Source of the DNA: Candidatus Nitrosopelagicus sp.
GTDB taxonomy: Archaea; Thermoproteota; Nitrososphaeria; Nitrososphaerales; Nitrosopumilaceae
Direction of reading: 5' to 3'
NCBI GenBank assembly: GCA_036012445.1
Contig: DASCPJ010000102.1
Span: forward strand, 1 to 49,607
Length of the DNA stretch: 49,607 nucleotides
In this document: in pieces, positions 18,245 to 27,828 of the stretch
Layout: every line of letters starts with the position of its first letter
Position numbering within the stretch: position 1 is the first letter of the stretch
Position numbers and translations under genes: made by a program
Notes under the pieces: model-generated
Database searches by the model: none
Seen by the model: the letters and a program-made list of their open reading frames with translations, nothing else
What the model was told of the DNA's origin: nothing

Positions 18245-19564
18245 ATGACAGAGCAGCAAACAACGTGGTCAATAAACGAAACCACACCGATTAAATCTTA
18301 CACTTTATCAAATTTTCGCACCATTCCACAAATCCAACAGATGTCAGAGGAAGCACAGTTTGAGATGGAGGTCGTTGGTAATGTACTACCTTTTAAGACG
18401 AATAATTATGTCGTTGAGCAACTTATTGACTGGAATAATATTCCAAATGATCCTATGTTTGTTCTTACATTTCCTCAAAAAGGTATGTTAATTCCTGAAC
18501 ATTATGATAAGATGGCAAGCGCCCTAAAGAGTGGAGCGGATAGAAAGGAGATTCAAAAAGTTGCAAATGATATACGCTTAAAATTAAATCCACACCCAGC
18601 CGGTCAGATGGAACTTAATATTCCACAGTTAAAGGATGGAACAAAACTTTATGGAATGCAGCACAAATATGACGAAACTTGTCTTTTCTTTCCAAGCCAA
18701 AGCCAAACTTGCCACGCTTACTGTAGTTTCTGTTTCCGATGGCCTCAGTTTGTTGGTATGGATGAGATGAAATTTGCAATGAAAGAGGGAGAACAACTAG
18801 TACAATATCTGAGAGAGCATCCAGAGATAACTGATGTTTTGTTTACTGGTGGAGATCCTATGATTATGAAGGCTAGCATGTTTTCTGTTTATACTGATGC
18901 CTTACTAGACGCCAAATTACCCAACCTTAAGACAATCAGAATTGGAACTAAGGCTGTATCGTATTGGCCTTACAAATTTTTAACCGATTCTGATGCTGAT
19001 GAAACACTGAAGAATTTTGAAAAAATAGTAAAAAGTGGAATACACTTAGCGATAATGGCTCATTTTAATCACCTTGTTGAACTTTCGACGGATCCAATAA
19101 AGGAAGCAATCAAACGCATAAGAAATACTGGTGCACAAATTAGAACGCAATCACCACTTTTGGCTCACATAAACGATGATGCAGATATGTGGGCAAAGAT
19201 GTGGGAAAAACAAGTTTCCTTGGGCTGTATACCTTACTACATGTTCGTTGTTAGAGATACAGGTGCCCAACATTATTTTGAAGTACCTCTAGTAAAAGCA
19301 GAAGAAATCTTTCGTACTGCATTTAGAAAAGTTAGTGGTCTAGCAAGAACTGTTAGAGGACCAAGTATGTCAGCTACTCCAGGCAAGGTACACGTTCTTG
19401 GTATATCTGAAGCTGCTGGTCAGAAAGTAATGATATTCCAGCTATTACAAGGAAGAAACCCAAAATGGGTTGGCATTCCATTTTTTGCAAAATATGATGA
19501 AAATGCAATATGGCTTGATGATCTAGAACCCGCATTTAGCGAAAAATTCTTCTTCGAAGAATAA
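18245..19564 (+). CDS. KamA-family radical SAM aminomutase (lysine 2,3-aminomutase-like)
   Basis: GMQHKY, CHAYCSFCFR (CxxxCxxC), DVLFTGGDP, HFNH, HINDD and IPYYMF motifs. Confidence 0.88.
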   Translation: MTEQQTTWSINETTPIKSYTLSNFRTIPQIQQMSEEAQFEMEVVGNVLPFKTNNYVVEQLIDWNNIPNDPMFVLTFPQKGMLIPEHYDKMASALKSGADRKEIQKVANDIRLKLNPHPAGQMELNIPQLKDGTKLYGMQHKYDETCLFFPSQSQTCHAYCSFCFRWPQFVGMDEMKFAMKEGEQLVQYLREHPEITDVLFTGGDPMIMKASMFSVYTDALLDAKLPNLKTIRIGTKAVSYWPYKFLTDSDADETLKNFEKIVKSGIHLAIMAHFNHLVELSTDPIKEAIKRIRNTGAQIRTQSPLLAHINDDADMWAKMWEKQVSLGCIPYYMFVVRDTGAQHYFEVPLVKAEEIFRTAFRKVSGLARTVRGPSMSATPGKVHVLGISEAAGQKVMIFQLLQGRNPKWVGIPFFAKYDENAIWLDDLEPAFSEKFFFEE

Positions 19565-19591
19565 TCTTAAGGTAAAATATACAAAAACTGC

Positions 19592-21139
19592 CTAAACTAC
19601 TATAATTCCATTTTTGATTAGATACTGTATTCCGGAAACGAATGTATTGTCATCAATTGCCCCATTAGCCCACCATCCTGCATTATTTTTGATCCAAGCA
19701 GGAACTTCTTGTGACTCTATAGCCTCAGACGCTGTAGGTGGTATAACCATTATTCCTTCTTTGATCAGAAACTCAATTCCTTGAAGAAATGCTGAATCTG
19801 GAATCTCTTCATTAGCCCACCATCCTGCATTATTTTTGATCCAAGCGGGAATTGATATTTCACCAGTATCGATTCTGTTTACAATTACCGGAAGACTGGC
19901 ATTAGCTAATTCATTCTCATCTAGATTTTCAAACTGCAATATTATAGGCCCGCTAGTATTTTCAGGTACAAGAAATTCAATTGTATTATGTTCGGTTCTT
20001 AAATCGGTACTAATACCATTTTTTTGTAAAAGCTTTTTTCCATCATAAATAATTGATAGATCATAATTTACTGAAACAGGTTTATCTAACAAAAATACAT
20101 CAAGAATATCAAAGATAAATGTAGTTTTTATTCCCGATTCTATCTTTTTTGGTTCCCAACTCAAATTTATTTTAAACTGACCATTTTCTGTAATTGTACT
20201 AAGTAAATTTTCATCTTTTGGTGTAATATCAAATTTAATCTTGTTTGAATTTTGTAATTTTTGAGACAACTCTAATATTTCTTTTTGACTTATCACTAAA
20301 TGCATAATTCTATTTTCATCAGAAAAATCATCCACGGTGATATCACTATCTAATATATCTAAACCATTAACTTTTGCCGAAAAACCTTTTACCATTAAAT
20401 CCCCAAATGTTTTTGGAATAAGAAGTTCTTGATGTATTACTGATACCTGTTTCATATTTTCTTCAGACCAATCAAATGGCATAGAGTAGCTAATAATTCG
20501 ATTCTGTTCGTTATAATTAAAATCATTTTTAATTTGTTCATAATATGTAACTATACCTAATTTTTGTTGTCCAAAATTAGGATCATCTATATCATAATAG
20601 GTTGTATCAGGAAAAGATATTCCTGCATCATAATCAATTGGAGGAGAAAGGAAATTTGTATATCCTTCAGCTGTTGTTATTAATATTTTAAAATTATACA
20701 AGCCACCAGAATCAAATGTGTTTCCATATACATTAACAATTTTGTTAGGACCTAATATTGAACCAAATAAACCTGCATCCTCTTCATTAGTTATGATCTG
20801 TTCAGACTCGGTAGGAATTAATCTTATAACAAATATACCATCATCTCTTTGACCAGTTACATCAAATAATGTTTGATTTTGTTTTATTGCCATCACAAAA
20901 AATGTAACATCATTAATTGTTACACCATTAGATGTATCAAATAATGTAAACGATATTTCCCGCGCATCACTATCAGGTATAGGATTAGATGATATTTCAA
21001 GCGCAACTTGTTTAGAACCGAGATCTACTGGCGGTAAAACTTCATAACCCAAACCATGTCCATACGAATCTGGAATTACAAAAAATATGGTTAATGTCAA
21101 TATAGGCAAAACAAATATCAAAAATTCTTTATATCGCAT
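19592..21139 (-). CDS. Secreted thaumarchaeal surface protein with two C-terminal PxWIKNNAGWWA repeats
   Basis: Signal peptide (SYG-HGLG); IPAWIKNNAGWWA...FLQGIEFLIKEGI duplicated at the C-terminus. Confidence 0.85.
   Translation of the reverse strand: MRYKEFLIFVLPILTLTIFFVIPDSYGHGLGYEVLPPVDLGSKQVALEISSNPIPDSDAREISFTLFDTSNGVTINDVTFFVMAIKQNQTLFDVTGQRDDGIFVIRLIPTESEQIITNEEDAGLFGSILGPNKIVNVYGNTFDSGGLYNFKILITTAEGYTNFLSPPIDYDAGISFPDTTYYDIDDPNFGQQKLGIVTYYEQIKNDFNYNEQNRIISYSMPFDWSEENMKQVSVIHQELLIPKTFGDLMVKGFSAKVNGLDILDSDITVDDFSDENRIMHLVISQKEILELSQKLQNSNKIKFDITPKDENLLSTITENGQFKINLSWEPKKIESGIKTTFIFDILDVFLLDKPVSVNYDLSIIYDGKKLLQKNGISTDLRTEHNTIEFLVPENTSGPIILQFENLDENELANASLPVIVNRIDTGEISIPAWIKNNAGWWANEEIPDSAFLQGIEFLIKEGIMVIPPTASEAIESQEVPAWIKNNAGWWANGAIDDNTFVSGIQYLIKNGIIVV
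19663..19846. repeat. Two identical 37-bp copies (19663-19699 and 19810-19846)
   Basis: CATTAGCCCACCATCCTGCATTATTTTTGATCCAAGC occurs twice and encodes AWIKNNAGWWAN on the minus strand. Confidence 0.9.
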
Positions 21140-21248
21140 GTAAAATCACGCCTTATTGAATTATTTCAGCATTTGTGCCTGAAAAATAAACAACCTTTAG
21201 TATATGGTTTATAAAGTCTATGAGATTACATTTACAATCTGACATAAA

Positions 21249-22160
21249 ATGGTAAATAAAAATAAAACAAAAGAAAAATGCCCAAGATGTGCTAAGGGTA
21301 CATTAGTCACTGATGTTGAATCGGGAGAAATGTTTTGTTCAAAATGTGGGTTTGTATTAACAGATAAAGTACAAGAATCTGGACCAGAATGGAGATCTTT
21401 TACTCAAGACGAACACGGTGATCGAGCTAGAGCTGGAGCTCCTACATCATTAACAATGCATGATATGGGACTTGCGACAATCATTAACCCTGCTAACAAA
21501 GATGCAGCTGGAAGACCATTAACATCTACAATGAAAAGTACTATTGAACGACTTAGAACTTGGGATAGTAGAAGCCAAGTACATGAACCTGTTGATCGAA
21601 ATTTCAGACAGGCATTTAGTGAACTAAACAGATTAAAAGATAAACTTGCTATTTCTGACGCTGTAATAGAAAAAGCAGCTTACATCTATAGAAAAGCATT
21701 AGACAAAGGTCTGGTTAGAGGAAGATCAATTTCCGCTTTGATGGCATCAGCATTATATGCAGCTTGTAGAGATACTGAAACTCCAAGAAATCTTAAAGAT
21801 GTAGAAAAAGTTGCAAACATAAAAAGGAAAGATATTGCAAGATGTTATAGATTACTTGTAAAAGAATTAGATCTAAAAATGCCAGTTACAGATTCTGTTC
21901 AATGTGTAGCACGTATAGCAAGTAGGATTGGTATTCAAGAAAAAACAAAACGTTATGCAACAAAAGTTTTGCAAGCTGCACAAAAAAATGAAGTATCTGC
22001 AGGAAAAGATCCTATGGGATTAGCAGCAGCCGCATTATATCTTGCATGTGTAAAAAATGGTGAAGATAAAACACAAAGAGATATTGCTGAATCAGCCAAT
22101 GTAACAGAAGTTACAATTAGGAATCGTTACAAAGGACTGAAAGAAGCATTTACGATGTAA
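21249..22160 (+). CDS. tfb: Transcription initiation factor IIB
   Basis: CPRC...CSKCG Zn ribbon, GPEWRSF B-reader, two cyclin repeats, VTEVTIRNRY. Confidence 0.97.
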   Translation: MVNKNKTKEKCPRCAKGTLVTDVESGEMFCSKCGFVLTDKVQESGPEWRSFTQDEHGDRARAGAPTSLTMHDMGLATIINPANKDAAGRPLTSTMKSTIERLRTWDSRSQVHEPVDRNFRQAFSELNRLKDKLAISDAVIEKAAYIYRKALDKGLVRGRSISALMASALYAACRDTETPRNLKDVEKVANIKRKDIARCYRLLVKELDLKMPVTDSVQCVARIASRIGIQEKTKRYATKVLQAAQKNEVSAGKDPMGLAAAALYLACVKNGEDKTQRDIAESANVTEVTIRNRYKGLKEAFTM

Positions 22161-23618
22161 TTATTTTTCGCTCTGAATATAACCACCATCCTGACTTTCT
22201 GGAGGCGGAATTTTTTTTGCACCACCCAAACCAATTGTGGTAATGATAACTGATGTTATAACAACAAAGAAGATTATCTGTGGATATGCTTCAGCATTTG
22301 GAAGTCCCATTGATAATGGAAATGTAGCTAATACTGCAGCAGCTAAACCACGTGGAATCATCACAGAAGTCACCTTACGATCAAGTTTAGAAAAACCTCT
22401 AACCAAAACTGTCTTCGTTAAAATTATTCTACCAATATAGATTGCAATTCCGGCTATAACACCAAAAATGACATATTCTATTTGTGTAAAGCTTGCTAAC
22501 AAACCTACAAAAACAAAGAAAAACGCTCTTACCAAGAAAGTGACCTGGCTATGCAAAGAATTGTCTATGGTATCTTCTGGAAATTTGATTTTAAGAATTC
22601 GTGAAAAGTATGTCTTTTTTCCAAGCATTAATCCAAATACGAGAGCTGTTAACGCTCCTGATTCGCCAAAAGAAGTGGCTAAGAAAAATAGCATAAAGAC
22701 CATGCCGATTGTAAGCATGTAGCTATGCTGTGCATTTTTCAGCTTTGATATAACAAACATCCAAGGAATGCCAACACCAAGACCTAGCACAAGACCAACT
22801 GCAACTGCCTTTCCAATTGTTATCCCTAATAGATCAAGGCTAAATTCTCCAGATAATACTGCCTCAAATAAAACGAATGCAATGATCACAGCAAAAATAT
22901 CGGTCAATGCTGACTCGAACCCAAGCATGGATTTGGCATCTTCAGAAATGTGGATCTTTTTAACCAGACCAAAAACAATGATAGAACTACTACCTCCAAG
23001 TATTGAGCCAAGCAAAATACTGTCTATCCATTCCCAACCTAAACCATAATGAGCGAGTCCAGCAACAATACCAACTGATACTGCAAAACCCACAATTACA
23101 AGAATTACAGCAAAATGTGCAGTTTTCAAGACTTTTCCAATATGAAGATTTAATCCACCATCAAACATGATAACAATTAATGCAACAGCTGCAAAATAGG
23201 GGACAATCTGCAATACTGCTTCTGGTTGAATTATTCCCAAAATCGGTCCAATAATTATACCTAAAACCATCAAAAACAAAATATCTGGAATGCCTGTTCT
23301 TTTGAAAAACGCTTCTCCTAAGACACCCATTATTATTACCACACTGGCAGCCAGAAGCAAAATTGGTGCTGATGCAACAAGAGAATCTCCAAATGACACA
23401 TCAGCTATAATATTTTGTAAATTCACAATTCCCTGAAGAAGGAAATTTGAATCAAATTGTTCTGTGCTTGCTTCAGGTATGGGGTTTTTTTCAAAATACG
23501 ACTTTAGCATATCTCTTACATTAGAACCAGAAAAATCATTAAAATCAATATTTGAGAAAACACCATCCTTGAAAAATGAAACAAGATCATCCAATAAGGC
23601 GAAAAAGACCAAATTCAT
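22161..23618 (-). CDS. Cation:proton antiporter (CPA1/NhaP-like)
   Basis: FDGGL, FESALTD, FFFVFVG and PRGLAAAVLA motifs; many TM helices. Confidence 0.9.
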   Translation of the reverse strand: MNLVFFALLDDLVSFFKDGVFSNIDFNDFSGSNVRDMLKSYFEKNPIPEASTEQFDSNFLLQGIVNLQNIIADVSFGDSLVASAPILLLAASVVIIMGVLGEAFFKRTGIPDILFLMVLGIIIGPILGIIQPEAVLQIVPYFAAVALIVIMFDGGLNLHIGKVLKTAHFAVILVIVGFAVSVGIVAGLAHYGLGWEWIDSILLGSILGGSSSIIVFGLVKKIHISEDAKSMLGFESALTDIFAVIIAFVLFEAVLSGEFSLDLLGITIGKAVAVGLVLGLGVGIPWMFVISKLKNAQHSYMLTIGMVFMLFFLATSFGESGALTALVFGLMLGKKTYFSRILKIKFPEDTIDNSLHSQVTFLVRAFFFVFVGLLASFTQIEYVIFGVIAGIAIYIGRIILTKTVLVRGFSKLDRKVTSVMIPRGLAAAVLATFPLSMGLPNAEAYPQIIFFVVITSVIITTIGLGGAKKIPPPESQDGGYIQSEK

Positions 23619-23741
23619 ACCTAATCAAGCCATTTTGTCGTTTAAAATAAGAATCTGTCAAGCTACCTTGATTTAATGATACGACTAGATCCATGCTCAT
23701 TTATGAATAAATTATAAGCTACGATACCATATTTTGCATTA

Positions 23742-24284
23742 TTGAGTGCAACAGACACGCTTAGGGATGATCATAAACAGATCAAAAGATTAGATAAGAT
23801 CGTTTCAAAATGTTCTTCCGATATTTATGCTGGTAAAACCATCCCATTTCATGATCTAGAAAAGATCACATTGATCATTTCAGAGTTTTTAGATTCGATT
23901 CATTATTCTAGAGAAGAGGATTCATACTTTCCCTGTGTTGCTAGCTATGATCATCTCAAAAAAGAGATTCGAGCATTGTTAATAGAGCATGAATTCAGCC
24001 GAAACATAGCCTACAAAATCACTCTCCATCTAAAACGTTGGAAAAATGGAGAGGATTCTAGTGAGCCTGTAGCGCGGTTCCTAAGAACCTATTCAATTTA
24101 TCTAAATGACCATATATCAAAGGAAGAGGATTTTTTTGAGCGGGCAGAAAAAGAGATTATTTCTAAGGAAGAGGAAAAGGACATGTTTGAACAATTTCAA
24201 TCAGATATGGCTATCGCCAAAAAAATGGAGTCTATTTTAGAGGATATAGATTATTTGGAAAATCAGATGTGGTTTAAGAATTAA
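23742..24284 (+). CDS. Hemerythrin/HHE cation-binding domain protein
   Basis: DDH, HYSREE, EH and HISKEE repeated HHE motifs. Confidence 0.88.
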   Translation: MSATDTLRDDHKQIKRLDKIVSKCSSDIYAGKTIPFHDLEKITLIISEFLDSIHYSREEDSYFPCVASYDHLKKEIRALLIEHEFSRNIAYKITLHLKRWKNGEDSSEPVARFLRTYSIYLNDHISKEEDFFERAEKEIISKEEEKDMFEQFQSDMAIAKKMESILEDIDYLENQMWFKN

Positions 24285-24286
24285 GC

Positions 24287-24496
24287 CTAAGTTGTTAACT
24301 CTGGTTTTAATGTCCAAGCAATACCTAGTGCAATAAATGGAATTGATATTATACCTATAATTGGCATAAGCCCAATTATTTGATCTTGGGTAATATCTGG
24401 TGAAGTAAACAACCATGGCAATGGAAGTGTAGATATCAACCATAATGATGCAAGCAGAATTATGACATTTCGCTTATTTTTTTTCTGTTTATCCAA
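24287..24496 (-). CDS. Small two-TM hypothetical protein
   Basis: 69-aa ORF with two hydrophobic helices that fills the gap between genes. Confidence 0.7.
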   Translation of the reverse strand: MDKQKKNKRNVIILLASLWLISTLPLPWLFTSPDITQDQIIGLMPIIGIISIPFIALGIAWTLKPELTT

Positions 24497-24532
24497 ATAA
24501 TCACTTTAATTTAGTATTGAAAACATGGCTTT

Positions 24533-24988
24533 TTATTTCATTGGAATGAGTTGAATACTTACAGGTCCTTTCAAACTTCCATTCGGATCTATGATAATCT
24601 TAACCTTTTGTGATTCGCCAGAACTAACATTCTTCTCACCCAAATACTCCCAAGTATACCACGAAGACATTTCATCCTGAACTAAAGTTCCTTGTAACTC
24701 AAAATCTTCATAGAACGAAATGGTTTTTCCCATCAACTTTATGGATAGTTTTTTTGGACTGTCACCATTTGGCACGAATCCAAATTGATAAGTTCCTTCT
24801 TTGACATCAAATACCTCAACATAAACTCCATTTTCATACAAGGCCGGATCAGCCAAAGTGACATGGAAGATATCAGAATTTCCAAACTGAATATTATCTG
24901 AATTATCTGGGTTTATCTGAGCCCCAACAAATATCACACCTATGATGACTACTAGAATAATACCTCCAATTATTGGTTTTTTACTCAC
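24533..24988 (-). CDS. Membrane-anchored hypothetical protein
   Basis: N-terminal TM helix followed by a beta-rich domain. Confidence 0.75.
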   Translation of the reverse strand: MSKKPIIGGIILVVIIGVIFVGAQINPDNSDNIQFGNSDIFHVTLADPALYENGVYVEVFDVKEGTYQFGFVPNGDSPKKLSIKLMGKTISFYEDFELQGTLVQDEMSSWYTWEYLGEKNVSSGESQKVKIIIDPNGSLKGPVSIQLIPMK

Positions 24989-25090
24989 AGAGTTCGTGAT
25001 GTTTACTAGTAAATTTAGTCATCGAATTTTAATTAACTGTAAACCATAATTCACACGGTCTACTAATAACGAATTTTACCACAAAATCAC

Positions 25091-25738
25091 ATGACTTCGC
25101 TTTCAAGTAAATGGTCAAAGCCGCAAAAGGCTGGAATATCTGAACGCATTAATAATATAATTAAACCAAGCGGTGCATTAAAACCACGAGTAGAAACCGC
25201 CATAAAAAAATTACAGGCTCAAGTTGCAAAATTAGATGTCATGCTCTCATCATTAAACAGTAGAGATGAGAAAATTTTTCACAGAATTGTAACAGCAACA
25301 CAACAACATGATACTCACACTTCTAAGGCATTATCAAAAGAACTAGCTGAAGTTCGTAAAGTACGTCGTGTTCTTGGTAATGCAAGAATGGCTATAGAAC
25401 AAATTGAATTACGATTAACTACATTCCATGATTTGGGAGATACAGTAACAACTGTGATGCCAACCATAGGATTAATGAAAAACATGAAAACATCACTTGC
25501 CAAGTTTATGCCTGGTGCAGACCAAGAGCTTAACAACATGGCAGAAATGTTAGGTGGTTTAATGACTGAAACGTTCCATAGCAGTGATGCTTCATTTGGA
25601 GTTGATACGGCTATGAATTCTGAATCAGAAAAAATCTTGCAAGAAGCAGGCGCAGTTGCAGAACAACAGGCTGGAGATAAATTTCCCTCCATGCCAGAAG
25701 AGATATCAGAACGTTCTTCTTCATCACGTTTTATGTGA
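25091..25738 (+). CDS. ESCRT-III / Snf7-family (CdvB paralog) protein
   Basis: Basic N-terminal helical hairpin (ELAEVRKV...EQIELRLTT...LGD), acidic tail SEKILQEAGAVAE...KFP. Confidence 0.88.
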   Translation: MTSLSSKWSKPQKAGISERINNIIKPSGALKPRVETAIKKLQAQVAKLDVMLSSLNSRDEKIFHRIVTATQQHDTHTSKALSKELAEVRKVRRVLGNARMAIEQIELRLTTFHDLGDTVTTVMPTIGLMKNMKTSLAKFMPGADQELNNMAEMLGGLMTETFHSSDASFGVDTAMNSESEKILQEAGAVAEQQAGDKFPSMPEEISERSSSSRFM

Positions 25739-25753
25739 TAGATAACTTACTGA

Positions 25754-26320
25754 TTAACCAGAATTAGATTTTGATTCTTTAAATCTTTTAATTTTATCTG
25801 CTTCATCAGCCAATATCTTATCAATACCTGAAATTTTATCACGTTGGCCGTAAATTATATTACCCACTTCATCGGCTTCCTTTTCTACACCAGCTCTTTT
25901 GTTAGTTAATTCTTCTAACCCATTATTTTCATCTTGTATGAATTCGTTTATTTTACTAAGCTTTTCTTTTAAATTTTTAATATCCACTGACTCATCTTCA
26001 ATATCTTTTTCCAATCTTGTTCGTTTGTCTTTTAGGTTTTTAATCATCAAACCTACATAATCGATAGCATCTTCCAATTTTGCTCGTTTGTCCATCAAAG
26101 ATCCTATTCCAATCTGTGATGATGATGAAGGTTCTTCAGCAGGTTGAGAATACGATGAAGGTTCTTCAGCAGGTTGAGAGTATGATGAAGGTTCCTGAGC
26201 AGGTTCAGGCCCTCGTTCAGAATCAAAATTCGAGTTTTCTTCCATTCCAGCAAATTTTCTCATAAAATCGTCACGGTTTTCATCTTCATCCTTGTCTTTG
26301 AAGATATCCAAGAAACCCAT
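25754..26320 (-). CDS. Coiled-coil protein with MGFLDIFK amphipathic N-terminus and EPSSYSQPAE repeats
   Basis: Heptad-rich C-terminal half; low-complexity repeat linker. Confidence 0.8.
   Translation of the reverse strand: MGFLDIFKDKDEDENRDDFMRKFAGMEENSNFDSERGPEPAQEPSSYSQPAEEPSSYSQPAEEPSSSSQIGIGSLMDKRAKLEDAIDYVGLMIKNLKDKRTRLEKDIEDESVDIKNLKEKLSKINEFIQDENNGLEELTNKRAGVEKEADEVGNIIYGQRDKISGIDKILADEADKIKRFKESKSNSG
26124..26205. repeat. Coding 30-bp tandem repeat (about 2.7 copies)
   Basis: GATGAAGGTTCTTCAGCAGGTTGAGAATAC-like units start at 26124, 26154 and 26184. Confidence 0.9.
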
Positions 26321-26441
26321 TGATAGAATGAATTGATTCAGAAAGATAAGATCTATTATCAGACATAATTGGCAAACACTCTAAATATTTCGCCCCCGCG
26401 CAAAAAAACGTCCATTTTAGCAGATTTTTCATCCATTTGAG

Positions 26442-26463
26442 GCGTTCCGCTTTGCGTTCCGCT
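26442..26463 (+). promoter_or_regulatory. Direct repeat GCGTTCCGCT x2 (12-bp period), putative operator
   Basis: Exact GC-rich decamers at 26442-26451 and 26454-26463, about 50 bp upstream of a wHTH gene. Confidence 0.45.
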
Positions 26464-26511
26464 GTGATGTTTCATAATGTCCCTCATAAAGCTCATTATG
26501 TTATCAAAAGC

Positions 26512-26799
26512 ATGTCAAAACAACAGTACAGATCCGAAATGGGAATCATGGGTGATATCTTGGATGTTACCATGGACGGAGGCCAACAGGGAGTAATTGT
26601 ATCTGCAATTTCTCGAAGAGCAAATCTTTCTCACTATTCTGTGTTAGATAAGTGCGAAAAACTCATTACCGCTGGCTTAATGGAATCCAGAAGAAATGAA
26701 AGAAATAGGCTATTCAAAATAACTGAAAAAGGTCTTGGTTTCATCAAGGAATTCCAACGATTTCAAACAATCGTCGACTCCATGAATCTACGGTATTAG
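26512..26799 (+). CDS. Winged-helix transcriptional regulator (archaeal HTH_45-like)
   Basis: YRSEMGIMGDIL...RANLSH...FKITEKG pattern; ATG start at 26512. Confidence 0.88.
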   Translation: MSKQQYRSEMGIMGDILDVTMDGGQQGVIVSAISRRANLSHYSVLDKCEKLITAGLMESRRNERNRLFKITEKGLGFIKEFQRFQTIVDSMNLRY

Positions 26800-26889
26800 G
26801 CTATGAACTTGCAACAAATTGTTGCACAAAAACATCAATCTCCGGGGGGGGAAATGCTTTTGGTAGGGAACACGGATATTCTGTCAGCG

Positions 26890-27828
26890 ATGGTCAGGAT
26901 ACCAATAGTGGTGATAGGTTTGGTGGTTGTAGCATTGAGCATACCAATCCAACAATCCCTTGGTTCTAGTCGAACCCTTGATTTTACTATTTATTCAGAC
27001 GGCTCTACTCATGTTTTTTATGAATTAGAAACTAATCCGTTGGAACCAGAATTTTCAACTAAACTTTTTGGAACAACACTAGAAAATCTTACAATTATTG
27101 ATAACAATGGTTTCTTATTATCCTATGAAACTGTGGGAGATTCCGTTTTAATTGAAACATTAGGTGCATCTCATATCTTCATTGATTATGATACACAAGA
27201 ACTAGTTTCTAAAACTGGAAAAATATGGAAATTTTCTGTAGATCCATCCTCTGAATACTCGTTACTAATGCCAAACGACTCGGTCATTGTTGAGATGAAT
27301 AATTTTCCTATCAGTATGGAGGTAGAAAATGAACAATCACGTTTAGTTTTTACCCCAGGTCAAACAAACATTAGTTATTACATTAGCACATTAGCTTCTG
27401 CTCAAACCACAGAATCAATTTCTGAAGACGGCGGAACTGATAACTCATCAATCTTATGGATATTAGTAGGTGTAATATCATCTATTGTAATTGCAGCTGC
27501 AATAATTGTTATAAAAAGAAAATCTGGAACCCCAAAATCATCTGTAACCATTCAGAAAGATGAAGAGCCTAAACTGCAAAGCCTCGATCCCGAATCAATT
27601 TTCAAGGCAAAACAAGATCTGAGAGAGGATGATAAAGAGATTATTAATTTTATTTCAGCAAATGGAGGACAAGTTTTTGAAAGTGAATTACGAAAAAAAT
27701 TCCTTCAACCACGGACAACCATGTGGAGAGCTGTAAAAAGATTAGAAAGACATGGAATTATAGAAATTGTAAAGAAAGATTTTCAGAATGTTATCAAATT
27801 AAGAAGTACACTGGAGGATGACTCATGA
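26890..27828 (+). CDS. Membrane-tethered HTH protein (signal peptide, extracellular beta domain, TM helix, C-terminal wHTH); alternative starts at 26803 and 26854
   Basis: TM ILWILVGVISSIVIAAAIIVI-KRK; C-terminal LREDDKEII...GGQVFESELRK...PRTTMWRAVKRLERHGII. Confidence 0.85.
   Translation: MVRIPIVVIGLVVVALSIPIQQSLGSSRTLDFTIYSDGSTHVFYELETNPLEPEFSTKLFGTTLENLTIIDNNGFLLSYETVGDSVLIETLGASHIFIDYDTQELVSKTGKIWKFSVDPSSEYSLLMPNDSVIVEMNNFPISMEVENEQSRLVFTPGQTNISYYISTLASAQTTESISEDGGTDNSSILWILVGVISSIVIAAAIIVIKRKSGTPKSSVTIQKDEEPKLQSLDPESIFKAKQDLREDDKEIINFISANGGQVFESELRKKFLQPRTTMWRAVKRLERHGIIEIVKKDFQNVIKLRSTLEDDS

Noticed and set aside
26124-26205. 30-bp repeats considered as a CRISPR array
   Set aside because: Units are contiguous without unique spacers, lie in frame in a CDS, and no cas genes are present
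26860-26905. AGGGAA suggested a cobalamin riboswitch
   Set aside because: The other conserved elements (CCCGC-ACTGT, B12 box) are not present
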